A DNA stretch of 64,000 bases from Candidatus Mcinerneyibacteriota bacterium (GTDB taxonomy: Bacteria > Macinerneyibacteriota > Macinerneyibacteria > Macinerneyibacteriales > DSCS01): positions 166,845 to 230,844 of the forward strand of contig JAFGWL010000056.1 of NCBI GenBank assembly GCA_016937175.1, read 5' to 3'. Numbering within the stretch: the first letter of the stretch is position 1; every line of letters begins with the position of its first letter. Of the stretch, positions 27,167 to 36,255 are shown piece by piece. Below the pieces are notes generated by a model. The model worked only from the letters and a program-made list of their open reading frames with translations, was not told the origin of the DNA and did not search any database. The position numbers and the translations under genes are program-made.

Positions 27167-28346
27167 GATAAATCCCCCTTATCACACGGACAGCGTCCCG
27201 GGCAGCTGCCACGTCGTGGACCCGGAGGATGTCGGCTCCGTTGCCCAGGGCCACAGCGTGAGCGGCGACAGTTCCCCACAGACGCCCGGCCGGCGGGCGC
27301 CCTGTAAGGGTCCCGAGAAACGATTTTCTTGAAAGCCCCATGACAAGGGGATAGGGGAGGGATTTAAACTCTCTCAGCCGCCTGAGAAGAGCGGTATTGT
27401 CTTCGAGCCGCTTCCCGAACCCTATTCCCGGGTCGATGAGGAGAGAATCTGCCGCGATCCCCGATTTCCGGGCTTCTTCCGTCCGGCCGGCAAGATATGC
27501 ATAGACTTCACCCGTGACATCTTCGTAAAAGGGGTTTTCCTGCATGGTATCAGGTGTCCCCTTCATATGCATAAGGATAACAGCGGCTTTAAAAGAGGCT
27601 GCTGTGGGAGCCATCTCAGGGTCATGAGAAAGCGCCGAGACGTCATTGATGATATCCGCCCCGTTTTCCAGAGCCTTGCGGGCGACATAGCTCTTGCGTG
27701 TATCCACCGAGACAGGGATCTCCGGAGCTTTTTCCCGGATAAGGGCCAGGGGCCTTTCTATTCGCTCCCACTCTTCAGAAGGCGATACCTCCCGGCTTCC
27801 CGGCCGGGTGGATTCTCCCCCGATATCGATAAGGTCGGCCCCCTCTTCTATAAGCTGTCTGATCCGGTTCTTTAAGGTGGCTTCATCTGTATGATGCCCT
27901 CCATCATAAAACGAATCGGGGGTCACATTAAGGATTCCCATGACCAGAGGGGCTGAAAGGCCGATCTCTTTGCCCCGGGCCCGGAAAAAGGCAGGAGGTG
28001 TATCGGGATTCAGCAGCGCGCGCGCTATTTGTTTCAGGCCGAAGGGCTGCTGTTCCAGTTTCCGGCTAAGTTTTTCCAGGTTTCTCCGGGTCCCCATGAG
28101 AATGATATCGGTCTTTTCAGGCTTCCCGGAAATGGCCGAACGGGGCAGCACAGCATCGGCCCCTACGCTTAGAGCATCCTGTTTTATGATATTGGCCGCT
28201 TCAATGCGACACCCTTCTATCTTGATCAGCCGGACCTCTCTCTTTCTCTCAAAGATCTCCAGGGCATAAGGGTCCACCCCGATTCTCTTGAGTTCATTTA
28301 AAAAATCCCCCTCTGAAGGATAGAGGCACCTCATCCGAGTCTCCAT
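27150..28346 (-). CDS. folP: dihydropteroate synthase with ~120-aa N-terminal extension
   Basis: 398 aa. DHPS core begins MGILNVTPDSFYDGG and includes DIGGESTRPG and MHMKGTP; the first ~120 residues are not part of canonical DHPS. Confidence 0.85.
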   Translation of the reverse strand: METRMRCLYPSEGDFLNELKRIGVDPYALEIFERKREVRLIKIEGCRIEAANIIKQDALSVGADAVLPRSAISGKPEKTDIILMGTRRNLEKLSRKLEQQPFGLKQIARALLNPDTPPAFFRARGKEIGLSAPLVMGILNVTPDSFYDGGHHTDEATLKNRIRQLIEEGADLIDIGGESTRPGSREVSPSEEWERIERPLALIREKAPEIPVSVDTRKSYVARKALENGADIINDVSALSHDPEMAPTAASFKAAVILMHMKGTPDTMQENPFYEDVTGEVYAYLAGRTEEARKSGIAADSLLIDPGIGFGKRLEDNTALLRRLREFKSLPYPLVMGLSRKSFLGTLTGRPPAGRLWGTVAAHAVALGNGADILRVHDVAAARDAVRVIRGIYLDKEE

Positions 28347-28406
28347 ATCACTCCTGTCGTTAGCCGTATTGATTGTCCGGGATTACGGGAAAACAGCCCT
28401 TTCATT

Positions 28407-30155
28407 CTAATTATCCCCCCTGCCGCTGTCAACGGAAATATCTCTCCGGGGCAGGCCGAAAACGCATATTTCAAAGGGTGAGAGGGTCACTCTCTTTCGG
28501 GACGGCCTTTTTTCCCCTTTGAAAAGGTCATAGGTGAAGGATTCCGGCATAAAGGGAGAGAGGTCGGCCTCCAGCCGCTTCTCTGTGACATTGATGACAC
28601 AGAAGAGTTGTTCCTCCCCTTCCCCGCGTACGACAGTGAAGACCCTTTTCCCTGTATCGGGATAGCGGGCCGGCTTGTCAGGAGCGAAGGCGGGCAACGC
28701 TCTTCTGAAGCGGAGAAGTCTTGTGTAACGGGCCCATATCTCTGACCTGTGCCCCTCCTGGCCGGCCATGACCCTTTCGGCTTCCCTTCGGGGGATCTTG
28801 TAACGGTTGATCGTCCGAGCTCTTCCGGTCGACTCCACCCCCTCTGCCCAGTTTCCGACACCGAAAAGACTGTTGATATAGACAGCGGGGATCCCGGGCA
28901 GAAAGAGCATGAGGGCCTGTGAGGCCAGGAAAGCCTCGGCACGCAGCTCTTCGCGCGCCAGGCCGGAAGCGATGGCGTCTATATAGGTGATATTCAGCTC
29001 ATAGGGCTTTTTCCCCCGGCGAGGGTCATCGCGTGTGGAGACGATCCCCCCGGCTTTTTCGATCTTTCGGATAAGATATCCAAGCTCTTCATCGTCAATA
29101 AGTCCTTCCAGGGGACGGACACCGATCCCGTCGTGAGAAGCGGTAAAATTCAAAAAAGTGCAACGGGGTGAGAGCGCTTTCAGAGAAGAAGCCCAGAACC
29201 GGAGTTTTGAGACATCCCCGTTGAGGAATGTATAGAGGATCAGAGGAGGAAGAGGGAAATTATAGACCACATGAGCCTCATCCTCTCCGTTACCGAAGTA
29301 GGAGATATTTTCCTTATGGGGGACATTGGTCTCTGTCACAAGCAGCCTCTTCCCGGGAAAAAGGTCGCAAAAAAGCCTGAAGAGCTTCACAAGGCGGTGT
29401 GTCTCCTCCAGATGAAGGCAGGTCGTCCCTTTCTTTTTCCACAAAAACCCTACCGCGTCCAGGCGGAGGGCTGAGATCCCTTTTTTCAGATAAAAAGCTG
29501 TCACTTCCAGCATCTTTTTGAGGACTTCCGGATTAGCGTAGTTGAGGTCCACCTGGTCAGAGCTGAATGTGGTCCAGAGCCAGGCAGTGGAACCGTCCTT
29601 CTTCTGAAACGGGGTCAGGAGAGGAAGAGAGCGGGGACGGACGACCAGGGTGGTATCTTCAGAAGGATCGGCTTCAATGAAAAAGTCCTTATAGGCAGGC
29701 TCACCGGCAAGGTACCCGAGGACCCATTCACTTCGGCTGGAGATATGATTTAAAACAAGATCCGCCATGAGAAAAAAAGAGTCTTCTATCTTCTGTACAC
29801 TTTTCCACCCCCCCAGGCCGGGACGGACTCTGGTATAATCGGTGACGGCAAACCCGTCATCCGAAGAGTAAGGGAAAAAGGGAAGGATATGGATCAGGGA
29901 AAAGAGAGGTGTGAAAGCAGCCTCGGCGATCTCAGCAAAGGCCTCCAGCGGTGGCCGGTTTCCATCCAGGATAGAATCGCCGTAGGTAATAAGCCATACA
30001 TCCTTATGGCCGAAGAGCTGTCCGGGAAAATCTCTTTCCTCTTCTTCTGACAGGTGCTCCATGAGGTCGATGATACGGTCTATCTCCCGGGGTGGATAAA
30101 GGCCCTTCATCAACTCTTCAGCTTGGATCTTCCATTTGCTTCTCATCTCTCTCAC
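28407..30155 (-). CDS. GH13_18 sucrose-phosphorylase-family glycoside phosphorylase
   Basis: 582 aa with LVLNH, VDLNYANPEV, the catalytic-region LRLDAVGFLWK and FLASHDGIG. Confidence 0.8.
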   Translation of the reverse strand: MREMRSKWKIQAEELMKGLYPPREIDRIIDLMEHLSEEEERDFPGQLFGHKDVWLITYGDSILDGNRPPLEAFAEIAEAAFTPLFSLIHILPFFPYSSDDGFAVTDYTRVRPGLGGWKSVQKIEDSFFLMADLVLNHISSRSEWVLGYLAGEPAYKDFFIEADPSEDTTLVVRPRSLPLLTPFQKKDGSTAWLWTTFSSDQVDLNYANPEVLKKMLEVTAFYLKKGISALRLDAVGFLWKKKGTTCLHLEETHRLVKLFRLFCDLFPGKRLLVTETNVPHKENISYFGNGEDEAHVVYNFPLPPLILYTFLNGDVSKLRFWASSLKALSPRCTFLNFTASHDGIGVRPLEGLIDDEELGYLIRKIEKAGGIVSTRDDPRRGKKPYELNITYIDAIASGLAREELRAEAFLASQALMLFLPGIPAVYINSLFGVGNWAEGVESTGRARTINRYKIPRREAERVMAGQEGHRSEIWARYTRLLRFRRALPAFAPDKPARYPDTGKRVFTVVRGEGEEQLFCVINVTEKRLEADLSPFMPESFTYDLFKGEKRPSRKRVTLSPFEICVFGLPRRDISVDSGRGDN

Positions 30156-30220
30156 CCTACCTGAATTTTATGCCAGTTGCAAGTTCCTTGCATTTTTTTA
30201 CAGACCTTGTATGATATTTT

Positions 30221-30935
30221 TATGAAAAAAGAGGTTTCTTCTCCCGCCCTTCTGACCCTCCCTTCTCTGAAGGAGGGGACTTTCCTCTCCCGGCCCAATC
30301 GTTTTACAGTCCGGGCCCTGATCGACGGAAATGAGGAGAATGCCCATCTTCATGACCCCGGCCGACTCACTGAACTGCTCACAGAAGGAAACCGTCTTCT
30401 GCTCAGGGCCGCCCCGGGGGAGAAACGGAAGACGGCCTGGGATGTCATCGCCGCCTTTGCTTCCGGCCGCTGGGTCATCATCAACTCTTCACTTCACCGC
30501 CCCCTGGGTGAAAATTTTCTGAAGGGGCCCGACAGCCCTCTGGGGAAGATCCTTTCTCTCAAGCCTGAAGTCCGCATTTCAGCAGGACGCCTTGATTTTT
30601 GCGCCGAGACCCTTTCAGGCAGGGTGTGGATCGAGACAAAGGGCTGCACTCTCTTCGAAGGGCCGAGGGCCCTCTTCCCTGATGCCCCGACAAGCCGCGG
30701 AACCCGCCATCTGCGTGAACTCATTTCCCTGCGTCACCGGGGAGAGCGTGCAGCGCTCCTCATTTTTATCTTTTCCGTTTCCGTCACCCGGTTCTCTCCC
30801 CACCGGGAGCGGGACAAAGATTTTGCAGACACCTTCGACGAAGCTCTGGAACAAGGGGTCGAAGTCTACCCCCTCTCTTTTGATTTTGACGGAACTCAGC
30901 TCAGTTATCATGGTTTAATCCCTGTAGAGTCATAG
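30221..30935 (+). CDS. sfsA: sugar fermentation stimulation protein A (SfsA nuclease family)
   Basis: ORF 30177-30935; ATG at 30221 (MKKEV). GTFLSRPNRFTVRALIDG...AHLHDPGRL follows the SfsA N-terminal pattern. Confidence 0.8.
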
Positions 30936-30954
30936 CAAAGCGAAAGGAGATCAT

Positions 30955-31923
30955 ATGCAATATAACCGCCTGGGAAAGACAGGGTTGAAAATCAGCGAAA
31001 TATCCTTCGGATCGTGGATCACATTCGGAAAGCAGACAGATCTTGTGTCAGCCGGAAAGCTGATGAGGAGCGCTTATGACCGGGGGATCAACTTTTTCGA
31101 TAATGCAGAAGCCTACGCCAGGGGGCTTTCCGAACTCATCATGGGTGAGATCCTCAGGAACTTCCGCCGCGAGGACCTGGTCATCTCCACAAAGATCTTC
31201 TGGGGCGGGGAAGGGCCCAATCAGACGGGGCTTTCACGGAAACATCTTCTGGAAGGGGCAAAAAACTCTCTGCGCAGGCTGCAGCTGGATTATGTGGATC
31301 TCCTCTTTTGCCACCGCCCCGATCCCGAGACACCTCTCGAAGAGACGATCCTGGCCATGGACGCTCTTGTCCGCGGAGGAGAGGCCCTCTATTGGGGAAC
31401 CTCCGAATGGAGCGCACAGGCCCTGGAAAAGACATTCCAGCTATGCCGGGAATTGAACGCCATCCCGCCGTCCATGGAACAGCCCCAGTATAATATGCTT
31501 GTCCGGAACCGCTTTGAGGAAGAGTACAAGCCCCTTTTTGAACAATATCATCTGGGAACCACCACCTGGAGCCCTCTGGCTTCAGGGATCCTTACAGGAA
31601 AATACAACAACGGAATCCCAGAAGAGAGCCGCCTGGCTCAAAACCCTGCTCTCCGCCAAAACATGGAAGAGACGGGGCTTCTCTCTGATGAGACCCTCGA
31701 GAAAGTCCGGCTCCTGACAGAGATCGCTGCTGACCTGGGAGGAAGCATGGCTCAGCTGGCTATTGCCTGGATCCTGAAAAACCCCCATGTGAGCAGTGTC
31801 ATCACCGGAGCTACATCAGAAGAGCAGCTGACAGAAAACCTCGGTGCCCTGGATATCAAAGAAAAACTCGATGATTCTGTTCTGCAGGCCATCGAAGCCA
31901 TTTTAACAAGGGAGGAAAAATGA
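30955..31923 (+). CDS. aldo/keto reductase, Kv-beta/Tas-like
   Basis: 322 aa; MQYNRLGKTGLKISEISFGSWITFG...INFFDNAEAYARG and DYVDLLFCHRPD. Confidence 0.85.
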   Translation: MQYNRLGKTGLKISEISFGSWITFGKQTDLVSAGKLMRSAYDRGINFFDNAEAYARGLSELIMGEILRNFRREDLVISTKIFWGGEGPNQTGLSRKHLLEGAKNSLRRLQLDYVDLLFCHRPDPETPLEETILAMDALVRGGEALYWGTSEWSAQALEKTFQLCRELNAIPPSMEQPQYNMLVRNRFEEEYKPLFEQYHLGTTTWSPLASGILTGKYNNGIPEESRLAQNPALRQNMEETGLLSDETLEKVRLLTEIAADLGGSMAQLAIAWILKNPHVSSVITGATSEEQLTENLGALDIKEKLDDSVLQAIEAILTREEK

Positions 31924-33272
31924 AACGACTCATTCCGTTCATCGCCTTATTATCCATCATCCTGACGGTCTCCTGCGGGAAAAAGGAGCTGGCGTCGGTA
32001 GGCGAACGTGTCTTCACCGCCGCAGAACTGGAAAAAAAGGTCTCGAAAATCGACCCCGCTGCGCTTCAGCAGTACGGAGAAAAGCGTCTCAAGGAGACCC
32101 TGCTTAACCGCATGATCGAGACAGAGCTTCTCTTCAGGGACTTGAAAGAGAAAAAGTATGATGAAAAAGAGGACATAGCCCGTCGCTGGGAAGAGATCAG
32201 ACCCGATGTGGAGTTGACCTATTTTGTCAACGAATATATCCGGCATGAAGCCGCTATCCCGGAAAAAGAACTGAAAAAAGAGTACGAGAAACGGCTGGCC
32301 CAGTTTGAGACACCGGAAAAGATCAAGGCAAGCCATATTCTCATCCAGGTAGGTGATAGACATACCGATGAAGAGGCCCTGGCCCTTATCACTGACGTCA
32401 AGAAGAAGATCGATGCCAAAGGATCCAATTTCGGAGACCTGGCCAGGGAGTATTCTGAAGGCCCCAGTGCCTCCAGAGATGGAGATCTGGGATGGTTCTC
32501 CCGCGGCCAGATGGTCAAACCCTTTGAAGAGGTTGCATTCAGCATGAAAAAAGGTGAGGTCTCCTCTGAGCCTGTGAAGACCCAGTTCGGCTATCATCTG
32601 ATCAGGATCACCGATAAAGCCGAAGCCGGGCGTATCCCCTATAAAGAAGCTAAAAACAGGTTGAAATACGACGTCTACAACGCTCTCCTCAAAAAGGAGT
32701 ACGGAGTCGCGGTCTATCCCGAAAAAGCTTCGCCGTCCCCTTCAGACGATATCGTAGCGGAGATCCAGAAGACCTCCACCGTCTATACCAATAAAGCTTT
32801 TCTTGAGGACCTCTCCAAATGGATGAACGAAGAGACCATGGCTCAACTCTTTAAGAATGCCGATGCTCTCTACGGGACTCTGAACGACCTGATCATCAGA
32901 AAGGCTTACCGGGGGATCATCGACTCGGAAAACCTGCGCAAATCCGAGGGGTATACCTCTTTTATGGATGAGATGAAGAAGGAGTATCTGGTCCAGAATT
33001 ATCTTGATGAAACCCTTTTCACCCAAATCAAAGTGACTGCGGAAGAGGTCAGAGAAGCTTATGAGAACAACCCGGCCCTCATGAAAAACCTGGCTGAACA
33101 ATACGGGGAACGTTTTCTCTCCGACAAGTCCTTCCGCCGGTCAAAGGAGAAGGAGTTCTTTCCCTACCTAGAGCAACAGATCATCAACAATAAAAAGCAG
33201 CAACTGTATGACAATTACATCATAACCCTTAAAAGTAAATATCCGGTAGAGGTCTCTGCAGACTTTTCCTGA
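31920..33272 (+). CDS. SurA/PrsA-like peptidyl-prolyl isomerase lipoprotein (parvulin domain)
   Basis: 450 aa. Lipobox LTVSC, and a PpiC parvulin domain (ASHILIQV...GDLGWFSRGQMVKPFEEVAFSMKKGEVS...FGYHLIRI). Confidence 0.8.
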   Translation: MKRLIPFIALLSIILTVSCGKKELASVGERVFTAAELEKKVSKIDPAALQQYGEKRLKETLLNRMIETELLFRDLKEKKYDEKEDIARRWEEIRPDVELTYFVNEYIRHEAAIPEKELKKEYEKRLAQFETPEKIKASHILIQVGDRHTDEEALALITDVKKKIDAKGSNFGDLAREYSEGPSASRDGDLGWFSRGQMVKPFEEVAFSMKKGEVSSEPVKTQFGYHLIRITDKAEAGRIPYKEAKNRLKYDVYNALLKKEYGVAVYPEKASPSPSDDIVAEIQKTSTVYTNKAFLEDLSKWMNEETMAQLFKNADALYGTLNDLIIRKAYRGIIDSENLRKSEGYTSFMDEMKKEYLVQNYLDETLFTQIKVTAEEVREAYENNPALMKNLAEQYGERFLSDKSFRRSKEKEFFPYLEQQIINNKKQQLYDNYIITLKSKYPVEVSADFS

Positions 33273-33284
33273 TCCTGTCTTTTC

Positions 33285-33324
33285 GCCGGAGGGTCATCCC
33301 TCCGGCGCTTCCCTTTTTCTTTTC
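33285..33324 (+). terminator. rho-independent terminator after the PPIase gene
   Basis: GCCGGAGGG-tcat-CCCTCCGGC stem followed by GCTTCCCTTTTTCTTTT; the hairpin also spans the znuB stop codon on the other strand. Confidence 0.6.
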
Positions 33325-34136
33325 ATAAGAACCCGGACAGCCCGGGCCGCTCCATACCCTGCAGCAGAGACGATGATGATCATCGCTCCTGAGGGCAGAT
33401 TCAGCAGATAGGAGATGCCGAGCCCTGCACTGTTGAAGAGCACGGCAAACAGAGACGCCAGGATCATCATGGAAGTCAAGTGCCGGCTGAAGAGGTTGGC
33501 TGCAGAAGCAGGCAGCGCCAGCAGGGCGATGACCAAAACAAGCCCCACGATCCGGGTCAGGAGGACGATGGTCACAGCGATCACTCCCAGAAAGAGAAGA
33601 GACATCAGGTTGACCGGCAGACCCCGCATGGCTGAATACTCTTCGTCAAATGAGACATAGAGGATATGCTTTTTAAACAAGACGACTCCGAGAATGAGGA
33701 AAAGGTCCAGGATGGCCAGGGCAAAGAGGTTTTTTGCGGTCACCAAAAGGATGTTCCCGAAAAGATAAGAGAGGAGGTCCACGGTATAGCCCGGCGTCAG
33801 AGAGATAAAGAGGACACCCAGGGCCATCCCCAGAGACCACAAGGCGGCGATGACAGTATCCTCTCTCTCCCCCAGCCTGTTTTTCCCCAGGACAAGGATC
33901 AGGACAAAAAGCAAAGCCGCTGCCAGCGCTCCCCACAGGGGTTCGAAGGAGAGGAAGACAGCCAGGCCGATCCCCCCCAGGACCGCATGAGCCAGCCCTC
34001 CGCTCATGACCGCCAAACGGCGGGTCACCACAAAGGTCCCGGCGATCCCGGCGGCTATCCCCGACAGGAGAGCCGCCGTGAAGGTAAACAAATAGAGAGG
34101 AATCACGCTATCCATACCTCCTCCTAAAGGCCGCAC
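33294..34136 (-). CDS. znuB: metal ABC transporter permease (ABC-3 family, ZnuB-like)
   Basis: 280 aa, ~8 TM helices, ABC-3 pattern; downstream of znuC and znuA. Confidence 0.8.
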   Translation of the reverse strand: MRPLGGGMDSVIPLYLFTFTAALLSGIAAGIAGTFVVTRRLAVMSGGLAHAVLGGIGLAVFLSFEPLWGALAAALLFVLILVLGKNRLGEREDTVIAALWSLGMALGVLFISLTPGYTVDLLSYLFGNILLVTAKNLFALAILDLFLILGVVLFKKHILYVSFDEEYSAMRGLPVNLMSLLFLGVIAVTIVLLTRIVGLVLVIALLALPASAANLFSRHLTSMMILASLFAVLFNSAGLGISYLLNLPSGAMIIIVSAAGYGAARAVRVLMKRKREAPEG

Positions 34137-34861
34137 TGATGGCGGATCTCTGTTACTTTATGCCCATAAGGTGCAATTCTTTCCCTTTCAAGGGCGATCT
34201 CTTCAGTAGCATGACAGGCAGACCTTCTGTTCAGACACATGACCTTATTGACATAGGAAGAGACAAAGGTGATATCATGGGTTACCAGAAGGATGGTCAT
34301 GACACTGTTCAGTTCTTTGAAGAGTTCATAGATATCCTCTTCCACGGCAATGTCCACGCTGGAAGTCGGCTCATCAAGGATCAAAAGTTCCGGAGAGGAG
34401 ACCAGGGCCCGGGCCAGCAAAGTCCTCTGCTTCTGGCCGCCTGAAAGCTGCCCGAAATGTCTCCCGGCCAGATCGGCGATCCCCAGCTGTTCCAATGAAC
34501 GGAGCCCCTGTTCCACAGCATCCCTTTTCCAGGCAGGGCCGATCATGCTTTTATGGAAGAGCCCCTGCAGAACGACTTCCAGTACGGTGATGGGAAAAGA
34601 GGCATCCATGGTACTGAACTGAGGGACATATCCTATGCGCGAGCCGGCCTTGGCGGGAGGGCCTCCCAAAACAGTCAATGTCCCCATAGTAGGCTGAAGA
34701 AGTCCTGTGATCAACTTCACCAAAGTCGTCTTCCCCCCTCCGTTGGGACCCACGATGGCGACAAAATCGCTTCTGTCTACAGATACAGAGATATCCTCCA
34801 GCACATAATCATCGTCATAGGCAAACCAGAGCCCGCGGCTCTCCAGTACTTTTTCCATCAC
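34124..34861 (-). CDS. znuC: metal ABC transporter ATP-binding protein (ZnuC-like)
   Basis: 245 aa with Walker A GPNGGGKTT, signature LSGGQKQR and Walker B LLILDEP. Confidence 0.85.
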   Translation of the reverse strand: MMEKVLESRGLWFAYDDDYVLEDISVSVDRSDFVAIVGPNGGGKTTLVKLITGLLQPTMGTLTVLGGPPAKAGSRIGYVPQFSTMDASFPITVLEVVLQGLFHKSMIGPAWKRDAVEQGLRSLEQLGIADLAGRHFGQLSGGQKQRTLLARALVSSPELLILDEPTSSVDIAVEEDIYELFKELNSVMTILLVTHDITFVSSYVNKVMCLNRRSACHATEEIALERERIAPYGHKVTEIRHQCGL

Positions 34862-35751
34862 TCCCCTGCCTTTCCTGCCGCCGCCCGGGCCGCCTCTTTA
34901 AGAAGGGCCGGATAATCGCTACCCAGAGGATCCAGAGTGACCACTTCCCCGTTGAGTGCCTGAGCTATGCGCACAGCCGCATGACGGCTGAATTCCTTCT
35001 GAATCATGACTGTTTTGACCCCCCTCTCCTTCAAATAGTCCAGGATGGCCTGCAGTTCGCGGGGAGCCGGCTCTTTGCCCCGGACCTCTATGGGAATCTG
35101 TTCCAGGCCAAACTCTCTGCAGAAATACCCCCAGGAGGGATGAAAGACAGCAAAAGGGGCTTTTTCTCCCTGCCCCAGAATGTACCTGACCTCTTTCTGC
35201 AGCTGTGTCAGGTCCTCCAGAAGAAGGGCCAGCCTCTCTTTGTAACGGCTTTCTCCTTCAGGGTCGATATGGGCCAGGGCCACAGCCATATTTTCGGCCA
35301 TCTGCTTCCCGAGCTCGGGACTCAGCCAGATATGGGGATCCAGGTGTCCATGGCCGTGGCTGTCCTCTTTCTCCGGGCTGCCGCCCATGAGAGTCCGGAA
35401 ATCGTCAACGGGCTGTTTGGGAATCCCTGCAGAGACATCATAGACCTTCATCCGAGGCAGAAGTTCTTTGATCCGGGGCATCCAGGCTTCTTCAAACGGA
35501 ACACCTATAGCAAAAAAAGCCTTCGCCCGGGAAAGTTTCTGCAGTTGGCGGGGCCGCGGCTCATAAGTCGCCGGGTTTTCTCCAGGACCCACCATGACCT
35601 CGACTTGAAACTCCTCTCCGGCCAGCTGTTCCATAAACCATACCTGGGGAGGAATGCTCACAAAAACAAGGGGTTTCTCGCCGGTACGGGACGAAAAAGA
35701 CGAGCAGGACCCCAGTATCAAAAGCAGGCCTATATAAAGCAGGCGTTTCAT
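34858..35751 (-). CDS. znuA: metal (zinc) ABC transporter substrate-binding lipoprotein (ZnuA/TroA cluster 9)
   Basis: 297 aa with lipobox LGSCSS, a His-rich flexible loop EKEDSHGHGHLDPH and the cluster-9 SBP fold. Confidence 0.8.
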   Translation of the reverse strand: MKRLLYIGLLLILGSCSSFSSRTGEKPLVFVSIPPQVWFMEQLAGEEFQVEVMVGPGENPATYEPRPRQLQKLSRAKAFFAIGVPFEEAWMPRIKELLPRMKVYDVSAGIPKQPVDDFRTLMGGSPEKEDSHGHGHLDPHIWLSPELGKQMAENMAVALAHIDPEGESRYKERLALLLEDLTQLQKEVRYILGQGEKAPFAVFHPSWGYFCREFGLEQIPIEVRGKEPAPRELQAILDYLKERGVKTVMIQKEFSRHAAVRIAQALNGEVVTLDPLGSDYPALLKEAARAAAGKAGE

Positions 35752-36149
35752 CCTTGGCTCCTCTCTTTACGTTTGGCCAGGGCTCTGGCACAATCGGAAC
35801 ACAATCCGCTGAACAGAAGTTTATGCCCCAGAATCGTATAGGAAAACTCCTCTTTCAACTCCTTTTCAATGCTTTTTGAGGGGCAATGGGGGAACATCTT
35901 GATTTCATGACACTCCCGGCAGATAAGAAAATGGCCGTTCTCTTTCCCGCTGTAGTAGTACTTTTTCTCTCCGAAAAAGGAGACGCTGTTGATGCGCCCC
36001 TCCTGTTCGAGTCTTTTCAGAGCACGGTAGACTGTGGAAAGATCCGGCTTACCCGGAAGGAGGCTTGCCAGACCTGCAGCGTCAAAAAGCTTAAATTCTG
36101 CATCCATCATCTTTTCAATGGACTTCTCTGTAGTCAAAGCTTTCGTCAT
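35748..36149 (-). CDS. zur: Fur-family regulator, probably Zur
   Basis: Track ORF starts at a TTG (36167); the better start is ATG at 36149 with AAGGAG 7 nt upstream. Fur fold with a C-terminal CxxC...CxxC structural Zn site (LICRECHEI...CSDC); heads the znuACB cluster. Confidence 0.75.
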   Translation of the reverse strand: MTKALTTEKSIEKMMDAEFKLFDAAGLASLLPGKPDLSTVYRALKRLEQEGRINSVSFFGEKKYYYSGKENGHFLICRECHEIKMFPHCPSKSIEKELKEEFSYTILGHKLLFSGLCSDCARALAKRKERSQG

Positions 36150-36163
36150 AGCAACTCCTTTGC

Positions 36164-36208
36164 GCAAATGATTTGCATTGATTATAAACTCTTTCTCCCC
36201 CCTGTCAA
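36164..36208 (-). promoter_or_regulatory. zur-znu promoter (TTGACA-N16-TATAAT) with Fur/Zur-box-like palindrome at the transcription start
   Basis: Minus strand: TTGACA (36208-36203), 16-nt spacer, TATAAT (36186-36181). Perfect inverted repeat GCAAAT-c-ATTTGC (36176-36164) sits between the -10 and the SD. Confidence 0.6.
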
Positions 36209-36255
36209 GAGAAGGTTTTCTTGAATCTTCGCACTCGCTGTGATAGAATAGCCTT

